A stretch of DNA of 37,087 nt from Naegleria gruberi. Lineage: Eukaryota. Below, in pieces: positions 1 through 10,000 of this stretch (the first letter of the stretch is position 1; each line of letters starts with the position of its first letter). Where the stretch lies: NCBI GenBank assembly GCA_000004985.1, contig GG739025.1; one strand, given 5' to 3'. The position numbers were made by a program, and so were the translations under genes. The notes below the pieces were generated by a model that was not told the origin of the DNA, did not search any database, and saw only the letters and a program-made list of their open reading frames with translations.

Positions 1-384
1 TGGGCAAAGAAATGTGCCAAGTATAAGAAGGTTAAATATTGTAAGGAAAGAAAATCAGTTAAGAAATGTTGTCTCATTAAGAAGAAATTCTTCTGTGCCA
101 AACATAAGATTATCAAGTTCTGTAAGCACAAGAAGACTCTTTCTAAATGTGTCAAATATCAAAAGAAGAAGTATTGTGCCAAGACAATTGTCATTCCTCC
201 AAGATGTATCAAGAAGAAGTATTATAAGAAGTGTTTGAAACGTTCAAAGGGAAAGAAGATTTGTAAGAAATTTAAGTTAGTTGGTGGAAAGAAGAAGTGT
301 TGCAAGTCAATCAAGAAGAAGATTTGTATCAAGAGAAAGACATGTAAGAAGTCATCAAAGCCAATCATCAAACCATCTTTGTAA
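1..384 (+). CDS. Secreted lysine/cysteine-rich polycationic protein, copy A. Only the C-terminal 127 codons plus stop are present; the 5' end is cut by the window edge.
   Basis: Frame-1 ORF runs from base 1 to TAA at 382-384. Its translation (WAKKCAKYKKVKYCKERK...KPIIKPSL) is identical to the C-terminus of the minus-strand ORF at 29477-30448. The nucleotide sequences differ only at synonymous third positions (TAT37-39/TAC, TGT232-234/TGC, AAG274-276/AAA). Confidence 0.75.
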   Translation, partial: WAKKCAKYKKVKYCKERKSVKKCCLIKKKFFCAKHKIIKFCKHKKTLSKCVKYQKKKYCAKTIVIPPRCIKKKYYKKCLKRSKGKKICKKFKLVGGKKKCCKSIKKKICIKRKTCKKSSKPIIKPSL

Positions 385-414
385 ATGATTATTTTCAAAT
401 GTTTCTAATACTTT

Positions 415-420
415 AATAAA
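415..420 (+). promoter_or_regulatory. Putative polyadenylation signal AATAAA in the 3' UTR of copy A
   Basis: AATAAA lies 31 nt after the stop. The same 3' UTR segment (taaatgattattttcaaatgtttctaa..taataaagc) is conserved downstream of copy B. Confidence 0.4.
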
Positions 421-481
421 GCAAACTCTTATTGCAAAACAATCGCAAAGGACGCAAGTCAGTATTAAAAGACAAAACATC

Positions 482-553
482 CTCCCATGCCGGGAATTGA
501 ACCCGGACCTCCTGGGTGAAAGCCAGGTATCCTAGCCATTGGACTACACGGGA
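482..553 (-). tRNA. tRNA-Glu (anticodon UUC), 72 nt, no intron
   Basis: The reverse complement reads TCCCGTGTAGTCCAATGGCTAGGATACCTGGCTTTCACCCAGGAGGTCCGGGTTCAATTCCCGGCATGGGAG. It has a 7-bp acceptor stem (one G-U pair), a D arm, an anticodon stem CCTGG/CCAGG with loop CTTTCAC (anticodon TTC), and a T arm CCGGG-TTCAATT-CCCGG. A T-run follows on the minus strand (rc of 471-480 gives TGTTTTGTC), which fits a pol III terminator. Confidence 0.9.
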
Positions 554-752
554 TTTCTGACTACCATATTTCCCTTATTTTATAATAACGGATGTCTTAC
601 CTTATTAAATATATTAATTGATTATTTATGAATTTTTTACCCAAAATACTTTTTATCTAGGTGATCAATTTCAAAATGAATAAATGAACTAACTCGTCCT
701 CTCTTTTTCCAATCACTCTCTCTTACTGACTCGAAAGACGACGTACCTCACA

Positions 753-811
753 GTTCATACAGTCAAAGACTGTAGCGGGACAGTCGCCATATTCCTGGCA
801 GGCTTCCCGTC
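753..811. repeat. Conserved 59-bp structured element, copy 1. Candidate small ncRNA or repeat of unknown class; strand undetermined.
   Basis: The sequence gttcatacagtcaaagactgtagcgggaCAGTCgccatattcctggcaggcttcccgtc recurs at 28703-28761, identical except for three substitutions in the capitalised pentamer. It is predicted to form hairpin ACAGTC-AAA-GACTGT plus a second stem CGGGA..GCCA-tattcc-TGGC..TCCCG. It lies 200 bp from tRNA-Glu. Confidence 0.5.
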
Positions 812-1097
812 TAAATCATTAAGTGAAATCAAAAAATCTATTTGCTATTTTGTTTGTAGTGCATTAAGGGTAAGGATTTTTATCTAATTTAATTGTATGT
901 ATTCCCTTGTAATTACGTGCAATAATTAACATTTGTATGTTATTGCTTTCATTGTAGTTGTCTGTTGTTTGGCAATAAATTATTCTTTTTTAGTACCAAA
1001 ATATTTGGATTTCCAATAGGAAAATGAGCTCATTGTTGCTTGAATGAGAGTATCAAATTCATTGTATAATATAATTCCTAGAGCAGCAAAACTACCA

Positions 1098-4000
1098 NNN
1101 NNNNNNNNNNNNNNNNNNNNNNNNNNNNNNNNNNNNNNNNNNNNNNNNNNNNNNNNNNNNNNNNNNNNNNNNNNNNNNNNNNNNNNNNNNNNNNNNNNNN
1201 NNNNNNNNNNNNNNNNNNNNNNNNNNNNNNNNNNNNNNNNNNNNNNNNNNNNNNNNNNNNNNNNNNNNNNNNNNNNNNNNNNNNNNNNNNNNNNNNNNNN
1301 NNNNNNNNNNNNNNNNNNNNNNNNNNNNNNNNNNNNNNNNNNNNNNNNNNNNNNNNNNNNNNNNNNNNNNNNNNNNNNNNNNNNNNNNNNNNNNNNNNNN
1401 NNNNNNNNNNNNNNNNNNNNNNNNNNNNNNNNNNNNNNNNNNNNNNNNNNNNNNNNNNNNNNNNNNNNNNNNNNNNNNNNNNNNNNNNNNNNNNNNNNNN
1501 NNNNNNNNNNNNNNNNNNNNNNNNNNNNNNNNNNNNNNNNNNNNNNNNNNNNNNNNNNNNNNNNNNNNNNNNNNNNNNNNNNNNNNNNNNNNNNNNNNNN
1601 NNNNNNNNNNNNNNNNNNNNNNNNNNNNNNNNNNNNNNNNNNNNNNNNNNNNNNNNNNNNNNNNNNNNNNNNNNNNNNNNNNNNNNNNNNNNNNNNNNNN
1701 NNNNNNNNNNNNNNNNNNNNNNNNNNNNNNNNNNNNNNNNNNNNNNNNNNNNNNNNNNNNNNNNNNNNNNNNNNNNNNNNNNNNNNNNNNNNNNNNNNNN
1801 NNNNNNNNNNNNNNNNNNNNNNNNNNNNNNNNNNNNNNNNNNNNNNNNNNNNNNNNNNNNNNNNNNNNNNNNNNNNNNNNNNNNNNNNNNNNNNNNNNNN
1901 NNNNNNNNNNNNNNNNNNNNNNNNNNNNNNNNNNNNNNNNNNNNNNNNNNNNNNNNNNNNNNNNNNNNNNNNNNNNNNNNNNNNNNNNNNNNNNNNNNNN
2001 NNNNNNNNNNNNNNNNNNNNNNNNNNNNNNNNNNNNNNNNNNNNNNNNNNNNNNNNNNNNNNNNNNNNNNNNNNNNNNNNNNNNNNNNNNNNNNNNNNNN
2101 NNNNNNNNNNNNNNNNNNNNNNNNNNNNNNNNNNNNNNNNNNNNNNNNNNNNNNNNNNNNNNNNNNNNNNNNNNNNNNNNNNNNNNNNNNNNNNNNNNNN
2201 NNNNNNNNNNNNNNNNNNNNNNNNNNNNNNNNNNNNNNNNNNNNNNNNNNNNNNNNNNNNNNNNNNNNNNNNNNNNNNNNNNNNNNNNNNNNNNNNNNNN
2301 NNNNNNNNNNNNNNNNNNNNNNNNNNNNNNNNNNNNNNNNNNNNNNNNNNNNNNNNNNNNNNNNNNNNNNNNNNNNNNNNNNNNNNNNNNNNNNNNNNNN
2401 NNNNNNNNNNNNNNNNNNNNNNNNNNNNNNNNNNNNNNNNNNNNNNNNNNNNNNNNNNNNNNNNNNNNNNNNNNNNNNNNNNNNNNNNNNNNNNNNNNNN
2501 NNNNNNNNNNNNNNNNNNNNNNNNNNNNNNNNNNNNNNNNNNNNNNNNNNNNNNNNNNNNNNNNNNNNNNNNNNNNNNNNNNNNNNNNNNNNNNNNNNNN
2601 NNNNNNNNNNNNNNNNNNNNNNNNNNNNNNNNNNNNNNNNNNNNNNNNNNNNNNNNNNNNNNNNNNNNNNNNNNNNNNNNNNNNNNNNNNNNNNNNNNNN
2701 NNNNNNNNNNNNNNNNNNNNNNNNNNNNNNNNNNNNNNNNNNNNNNNNNNNNNNNNNNNNNNNNNNNNNNNNNNNNNNNNNNNNNNNNNNNNNNNNNNNN
2801 NNNNNNNNNNNNNNNNNNNNNNNNNNNNNNNNNNNNNNNNNNNNNNNNNNNNNNNNNNNNNNNNNNNNNNNNNNNNNNNNNNNNNNNNNNNNNNNNNNNN
2901 NNNNNNNNNNNNNNNNNNNNNNNNNNNNNNNNNNNNNNNNNNNNNNNNNNNNNNNNNNNNNNNNNNNNNNNNNNNNNNNNNNNNNNNNNNNNNNNNNNNN
3001 NNNNNNNNNNNNNNNNNNNNNNNNNNNNNNNNNNNNNNNNNNNNNNNNNNNNNNNNNNNNNNNNNNNNNNNNNNNNNNNNNNNNNNNNNNNNNNNNNNNN
3101 NNNNNNNNNNNNNNNNNNNNNNNNNNNNNNNNNNNNNNNNNNNNNNNNNNNNNNNNNNNNNNNNNNNNNNNNNNNNNNNNNNNNNNNNNNNNNNNNNNNN
3201 NNNNNNNNNNNNNNNNNNNNNNNNNNNNNNNNNNNNNNNNNNNNNNNNNNNNNNNNNNNNNNNNNNNNNNNNNNNNNNNNNNNNNNNNNNNNNNNNNNNN
3301 NNNNNNNNNNNNNNNNNNNNNNNNNNNNNNNNNNNNNNNNNNNNNNNNNNNNNNNNNNNNNNNNNNNNNNNNNNNNNNNNNNNNNNNNNNNNNNNNNNNN
3401 NNNNNNNNNNNNNNNNNNNNNNNNNNNNNNNNNNNNNNNNNNNNNNNNNNNNNNNNNNNNNNNNNNNNNNNNNNNNNNNNNNNNNNNNNNNNNNNNNNNN
3501 NNNNNNNNNNNNNNNNNNNNNNNNNNNNNNNNNNNNNNNNNNNNNNNNNNNNNNNNNNNNNNNNNNNNNNNNNNNNNNNNNNNNNNNNNNNNNNNNNNNN
3601 NNNNNNNNNNNNNNNNNNNNNNNNNNNNNNNNNNNNNNNNNNNNNNNNNNNNNNNNNNNNNNNNNNNNNNNNNNNNNNNNNNNNNNNNNNNNNNNNNNNN
3701 NNNNNNNNNNNNNNNNNNNNNNNNNNNNNNNNNNNNNNNNNNNNNNNNNNNNNNNNNNNNNNNNNNNNNNNNNNNNNNNNNNNNNNNNNNNNNNNNNNNN
3801 NNNNNNNNNNNNNNNNNNNNNNNNNNNNNNNNNNNNNNNNNNNNNNNNNNNNNNNNNNNNNNNNNNNNNNNNNNNNNNNNNNNNNNNNNNNNNNNNNNNN
3901 NNNNNNNNNNNNNNNNNNNNNNNNNNNNNNNNNNNNNNNNNNNNNNNNNNNNNNNNNNNNNNNNNNNNNNNNNNNNNNNNNNNNNNNNNNNNNNNNNNNN

Positions 4001-7000
4001 NNNNNNNNNNNNNNNNNNNNNNNNNNNNNNNNNNNNNNNNNNNNNNNNNNNNNNNNNNNNNNNNNNNNNNNNNNNNNNNNNNNNNNNNNNNNNNNNNNNN
4101 NNNNNNNNNNNNNNNNNNNNNNNNNNNNNNNNNNNNNNNNNNNNNNNNNNNNNNNNNNNNNNNNNNNNNNNNNNNNNNNNNNNNNNNNNNNNNNNNNNNN
4201 NNNNNNNNNNNNNNNNNNNNNNNNNNNNNNNNNNNNNNNNNNNNNNNNNNNNNNNNNNNNNNNNNNNNNNNNNNNNNNNNNNNNNNNNNNNNNNNNNNNN
4301 NNNNNNNNNNNNNNNNNNNNNNNNNNNNNNNNNNNNNNNNNNNNNNNNNNNNNNNNNNNNNNNNNNNNNNNNNNNNNNNNNNNNNNNNNNNNNNNNNNNN
4401 NNNNNNNNNNNNNNNNNNNNNNNNNNNNNNNNNNNNNNNNNNNNNNNNNNNNNNNNNNNNNNNNNNNNNNNNNNNNNNNNNNNNNNNNNNNNNNNNNNNN
4501 NNNNNNNNNNNNNNNNNNNNNNNNNNNNNNNNNNNNNNNNNNNNNNNNNNNNNNNNNNNNNNNNNNNNNNNNNNNNNNNNNNNNNNNNNNNNNNNNNNNN
4601 NNNNNNNNNNNNNNNNNNNNNNNNNNNNNNNNNNNNNNNNNNNNNNNNNNNNNNNNNNNNNNNNNNNNNNNNNNNNNNNNNNNNNNNNNNNNNNNNNNNN
4701 NNNNNNNNNNNNNNNNNNNNNNNNNNNNNNNNNNNNNNNNNNNNNNNNNNNNNNNNNNNNNNNNNNNNNNNNNNNNNNNNNNNNNNNNNNNNNNNNNNNN
4801 NNNNNNNNNNNNNNNNNNNNNNNNNNNNNNNNNNNNNNNNNNNNNNNNNNNNNNNNNNNNNNNNNNNNNNNNNNNNNNNNNNNNNNNNNNNNNNNNNNNN
4901 NNNNNNNNNNNNNNNNNNNNNNNNNNNNNNNNNNNNNNNNNNNNNNNNNNNNNNNNNNNNNNNNNNNNNNNNNNNNNNNNNNNNNNNNNNNNNNNNNNNN
5001 NNNNNNNNNNNNNNNNNNNNNNNNNNNNNNNNNNNNNNNNNNNNNNNNNNNNNNNNNNNNNNNNNNNNNNNNNNNNNNNNNNNNNNNNNNNNNNNNNNNN
5101 NNNNNNNNNNNNNNNNNNNNNNNNNNNNNNNNNNNNNNNNNNNNNNNNNNNNNNNNNNNNNNNNNNNNNNNNNNNNNNNNNNNNNNNNNNNNNNNNNNNN
5201 NNNNNNNNNNNNNNNNNNNNNNNNNNNNNNNNNNNNNNNNNNNNNNNNNNNNNNNNNNNNNNNNNNNNNNNNNNNNNNNNNNNNNNNNNNNNNNNNNNNN
5301 NNNNNNNNNNNNNNNNNNNNNNNNNNNNNNNNNNNNNNNNNNNNNNNNNNNNNNNNNNNNNNNNNNNNNNNNNNNNNNNNNNNNNNNNNNNNNNNNNNNN
5401 NNNNNNNNNNNNNNNNNNNNNNNNNNNNNNNNNNNNNNNNNNNNNNNNNNNNNNNNNNNNNNNNNNNNNNNNNNNNNNNNNNNNNNNNNNNNNNNNNNNN
5501 NNNNNNNNNNNNNNNNNNNNNNNNNNNNNNNNNNNNNNNNNNNNNNNNNNNNNNNNNNNNNNNNNNNNNNNNNNNNNNNNNNNNNNNNNNNNNNNNNNNN
5601 NNNNNNNNNNNNNNNNNNNNNNNNNNNNNNNNNNNNNNNNNNNNNNNNNNNNNNNNNNNNNNNNNNNNNNNNNNNNNNNNNNNNNNNNNNNNNNNNNNNN
5701 NNNNNNNNNNNNNNNNNNNNNNNNNNNNNNNNNNNNNNNNNNNNNNNNNNNNNNNNNNNNNNNNNNNNNNNNNNNNNNNNNNNNNNNNNNNNNNNNNNNN
5801 NNNNNNNNNNNNNNNNNNNNNNNNNNNNNNNNNNNNNNNNNNNNNNNNNNNNNNNNNNNNNNNNNNNNNNNNNNNNNNNNNNNNNNNNNNNNNNNNNNNN
5901 NNNNNNNNNNNNNNNNNNNNNNNNNNNNNNNNNNNNNNNNNNNNNNNNNNNNNNNNNNNNNNNNNNNNNNNNNNNNNNNNNNNNNNNNNNNNNNNNNNNN
6001 NNNNNNNNNNNNNNNNNNNNNNNNNNNNNNNNNNNNNNNNNNNNNNNNNNNNNNNNNNNNNNNNNNNNNNNNNNNNNNNNNNNNNNNNNNNNNNNNNNNN
6101 NNNNNNNNNNNNNNNNNNNNNNNNNNNNNNNNNNNNNNNNNNNNNNNNNNNNNNNNNNNNNNNNNNNNNNNNNNNNNNNNNNNNNNNNNNNNNNNNNNNN
6201 NNNNNNNNNNNNNNNNNNNNNNNNNNNNNNNNNNNNNNNNNNNNNNNNNNNNNNNNNNNNNNNNNNNNNNNNNNNNNNNNNNNNNNNNNNNNNNNNNNNN
6301 NNNNNNNNNNNNNNNNNNNNNNNNNNNNNNNNNNNNNNNNNNNNNNNNNNNNNNNNNNNNNNNNNNNNNNNNNNNNNNNNNNNNNNNNNNNNNNNNNNNN
6401 NNNNNNNNNNNNNNNNNNNNNNNNNNNNNNNNNNNNNNNNNNNNNNNNNNNNNNNNNNNNNNNNNNNNNNNNNNNNNNNNNNNNNNNNNNNNNNNNNNNN
6501 NNNNNNNNNNNNNNNNNNNNNNNNNNNNNNNNNNNNNNNNNNNNNNNNNNNNNNNNNNNNNNNNNNNNNNNNNNNNNNNNNNNNNNNNNNNNNNNNNNNN
6601 NNNNNNNNNNNNNNNNNNNNNNNNNNNNNNNNNNNNNNNNNNNNNNNNNNNNNNNNNNNNNNNNNNNNNNNNNNNNNNNNNNNNNNNNNNNNNNNNNNNN
6701 NNNNNNNNNNNNNNNNNNNNNNNNNNNNNNNNNNNNNNNNNNNNNNNNNNNNNNNNNNNNNNNNNNNNNNNNNNNNNNNNNNNNNNNNNNNNNNNNNNNN
6801 NNNNNNNNNNNNNNNNNNNNNNNNNNNNNNNNNNNNNNNNNNNNNNNNNNNNNNNNNNNNNNNNNNNNNNNNNNNNNNNNNNNNNNNNNNNNNNNNNNNN
6901 NNNNNNNNNNNNNNNNNNNNNNNNNNNNNNNNNNNNNNNNNNNNNNNNNNNNNNNNNNNNNNNNNNNNNNNNNNNNNNNNNNNNNNNNNNNNNNNNNNNN

Positions 7001-10000
7001 NNNNNNNNNNNNNNNNNNNNNNNNNNNNNNNNNNNNNNNNNNNNNNNNNNNNNNNNNNNNNNNNNNNNNNNNNNNNNNNNNNNNNNNNNNNNNNNNNNNN
7101 NNNNNNNNNNNNNNNNNNNNNNNNNNNNNNNNNNNNNNNNNNNNNNNNNNNNNNNNNNNNNNNNNNNNNNNNNNNNNNNNNNNNNNNNNNNNNNNNNNNN
7201 NNNNNNNNNNNNNNNNNNNNNNNNNNNNNNNNNNNNNNNNNNNNNNNNNNNNNNNNNNNNNNNNNNNNNNNNNNNNNNNNNNNNNNNNNNNNNNNNNNNN
7301 NNNNNNNNNNNNNNNNNNNNNNNNNNNNNNNNNNNNNNNNNNNNNNNNNNNNNNNNNNNNNNNNNNNNNNNNNNNNNNNNNNNNNNNNNNNNNNNNNNNN
7401 NNNNNNNNNNNNNNNNNNNNNNNNNNNNNNNNNNNNNNNNNNNNNNNNNNNNNNNNNNNNNNNNNNNNNNNNNNNNNNNNNNNNNNNNNNNNNNNNNNNN
7501 NNNNNNNNNNNNNNNNNNNNNNNNNNNNNNNNNNNNNNNNNNNNNNNNNNNNNNNNNNNNNNNNNNNNNNNNNNNNNNNNNNNNNNNNNNNNNNNNNNNN
7601 NNNNNNNNNNNNNNNNNNNNNNNNNNNNNNNNNNNNNNNNNNNNNNNNNNNNNNNNNNNNNNNNNNNNNNNNNNNNNNNNNNNNNNNNNNNNNNNNNNNN
7701 NNNNNNNNNNNNNNNNNNNNNNNNNNNNNNNNNNNNNNNNNNNNNNNNNNNNNNNNNNNNNNNNNNNNNNNNNNNNNNNNNNNNNNNNNNNNNNNNNNNN
7801 NNNNNNNNNNNNNNNNNNNNNNNNNNNNNNNNNNNNNNNNNNNNNNNNNNNNNNNNNNNNNNNNNNNNNNNNNNNNNNNNNNNNNNNNNNNNNNNNNNNN
7901 NNNNNNNNNNNNNNNNNNNNNNNNNNNNNNNNNNNNNNNNNNNNNNNNNNNNNNNNNNNNNNNNNNNNNNNNNNNNNNNNNNNNNNNNNNNNNNNNNNNN
8001 NNNNNNNNNNNNNNNNNNNNNNNNNNNNNNNNNNNNNNNNNNNNNNNNNNNNNNNNNNNNNNNNNNNNNNNNNNNNNNNNNNNNNNNNNNNNNNNNNNNN
8101 NNNNNNNNNNNNNNNNNNNNNNNNNNNNNNNNNNNNNNNNNNNNNNNNNNNNNNNNNNNNNNNNNNNNNNNNNNNNNNNNNNNNNNNNNNNNNNNNNNNN
8201 NNNNNNNNNNNNNNNNNNNNNNNNNNNNNNNNNNNNNNNNNNNNNNNNNNNNNNNNNNNNNNNNNNNNNNNNNNNNNNNNNNNNNNNNNNNNNNNNNNNN
8301 NNNNNNNNNNNNNNNNNNNNNNNNNNNNNNNNNNNNNNNNNNNNNNNNNNNNNNNNNNNNNNNNNNNNNNNNNNNNNNNNNNNNNNNNNNNNNNNNNNNN
8401 NNNNNNNNNNNNNNNNNNNNNNNNNNNNNNNNNNNNNNNNNNNNNNNNNNNNNNNNNNNNNNNNNNNNNNNNNNNNNNNNNNNNNNNNNNNNNNNNNNNN
8501 NNNNNNNNNNNNNNNNNNNNNNNNNNNNNNNNNNNNNNNNNNNNNNNNNNNNNNNNNNNNNNNNNNNNNNNNNNNNNNNNNNNNNNNNNNNNNNNNNNNN
8601 NNNNNNNNNNNNNNNNNNNNNNNNNNNNNNNNNNNNNNNNNNNNNNNNNNNNNNNNNNNNNNNNNNNNNNNNNNNNNNNNNNNNNNNNNNNNNNNNNNNN
8701 NNNNNNNNNNNNNNNNNNNNNNNNNNNNNNNNNNNNNNNNNNNNNNNNNNNNNNNNNNNNNNNNNNNNNNNNNNNNNNNNNNNNNNNNNNNNNNNNNNNN
8801 NNNNNNNNNNNNNNNNNNNNNNNNNNNNNNNNNNNNNNNNNNNNNNNNNNNNNNNNNNNNNNNNNNNNNNNNNNNNNNNNNNNNNNNNNNNNNNNNNNNN
8901 NNNNNNNNNNNNNNNNNNNNNNNNNNNNNNNNNNNNNNNNNNNNNNNNNNNNNNNNNNNNNNNNNNNNNNNNNNNNNNNNNNNNNNNNNNNNNNNNNNNN
9001 NNNNNNNNNNNNNNNNNNNNNNNNNNNNNNNNNNNNNNNNNNNNNNNNNNNNNNNNNNNNNNNNNNNNNNNNNNNNNNNNNNNNNNNNNNNNNNNNNNNN
9101 NNNNNNNNNNNNNNNNNNNNNNNNNNNNNNNNNNNNNNNNNNNNNNNNNNNNNNNNNNNNNNNNNNNNNNNNNNNNNNNNNNNNNNNNNNNNNNNNNNNN
9201 NNNNNNNNNNNNNNNNNNNNNNNNNNNNNNNNNNNNNNNNNNNNNNNNNNNNNNNNNNNNNNNNNNNNNNNNNNNNNNNNNNNNNNNNNNNNNNNNNNNN
9301 NNNNNNNNNNNNNNNNNNNNNNNNNNNNNNNNNNNNNNNNNNNNNNNNNNNNNNNNNNNNNNNNNNNNNNNNNNNNNNNNNNNNNNNNNNNNNNNNNNNN
9401 NNNNNNNNNNNNNNNNNNNNNNNNNNNNNNNNNNNNNNNNNNNNNNNNNNNNNNNNNNNNNNNNNNNNNNNNNNNNNNNNNNNNNNNNNNNNNNNNNNNN
9501 NNNNNNNNNNNNNNNNNNNNNNNNNNNNNNNNNNNNNNNNNNNNNNNNNNNNNNNNNNNNNNNNNNNNNNNNNNNNNNNNNNNNNNNNNNNNNNNNNNNN
9601 NNNNNNNNNNNNNNNNNNNNNNNNNNNNNNNNNNNNNNNNNNNNNNNNNNNNNNNNNNNNNNNNNNNNNNNNNNNNNNNNNNNNNNNNNNNNNNNNNNNN
9701 NNNNNNNNNNNNNNNNNNNNNNNNNNNNNNNNNNNNNNNNNNNNNNNNNNNNNNNNNNNNNNNNNNNNNNNNNNNNNNNNNNNNNNNNNNNNNNNNNNNN
9801 NNNNNNNNNNNNNNNNNNNNNNNNNNNNNNNNNNNNNNNNNNNNNNNNNNNNNNNNNNNNNNNNNNNNNNNNNNNNNNNNNNNNNNNNNNNNNNNNNNNN
9901 NNNNNNNNNNNNNNNNNNNNNNNNNNNNNNNNNNNNNNNNNNNNNNNNNNNNNNNNNNNNNNNNNNNNNNNNNNNNNNNNNNNNNNNNNNNNNNNNNNNN

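Noticed and set aside
14-238. 74-aa plus-strand ORF rich in R/S/N (MPSIRRLNIVRKEN...)
   Set aside because: It is a frame-shifted reading of the K/C-rich CDS (copy A). AAG/AAA-rich coding sequence gives open alternative frames by composition.
791-806. Resemblance of ATATTCCTGGCAGG in the 59-bp element to the U1 snRNA 5' end (ATACTTACCTGGCAGG)
   Set aside because: The two copies diverge completely right after CCCGTC, so no about-160-nt U1 body is conserved. The putative 5' splice-site-pairing bases are altered.
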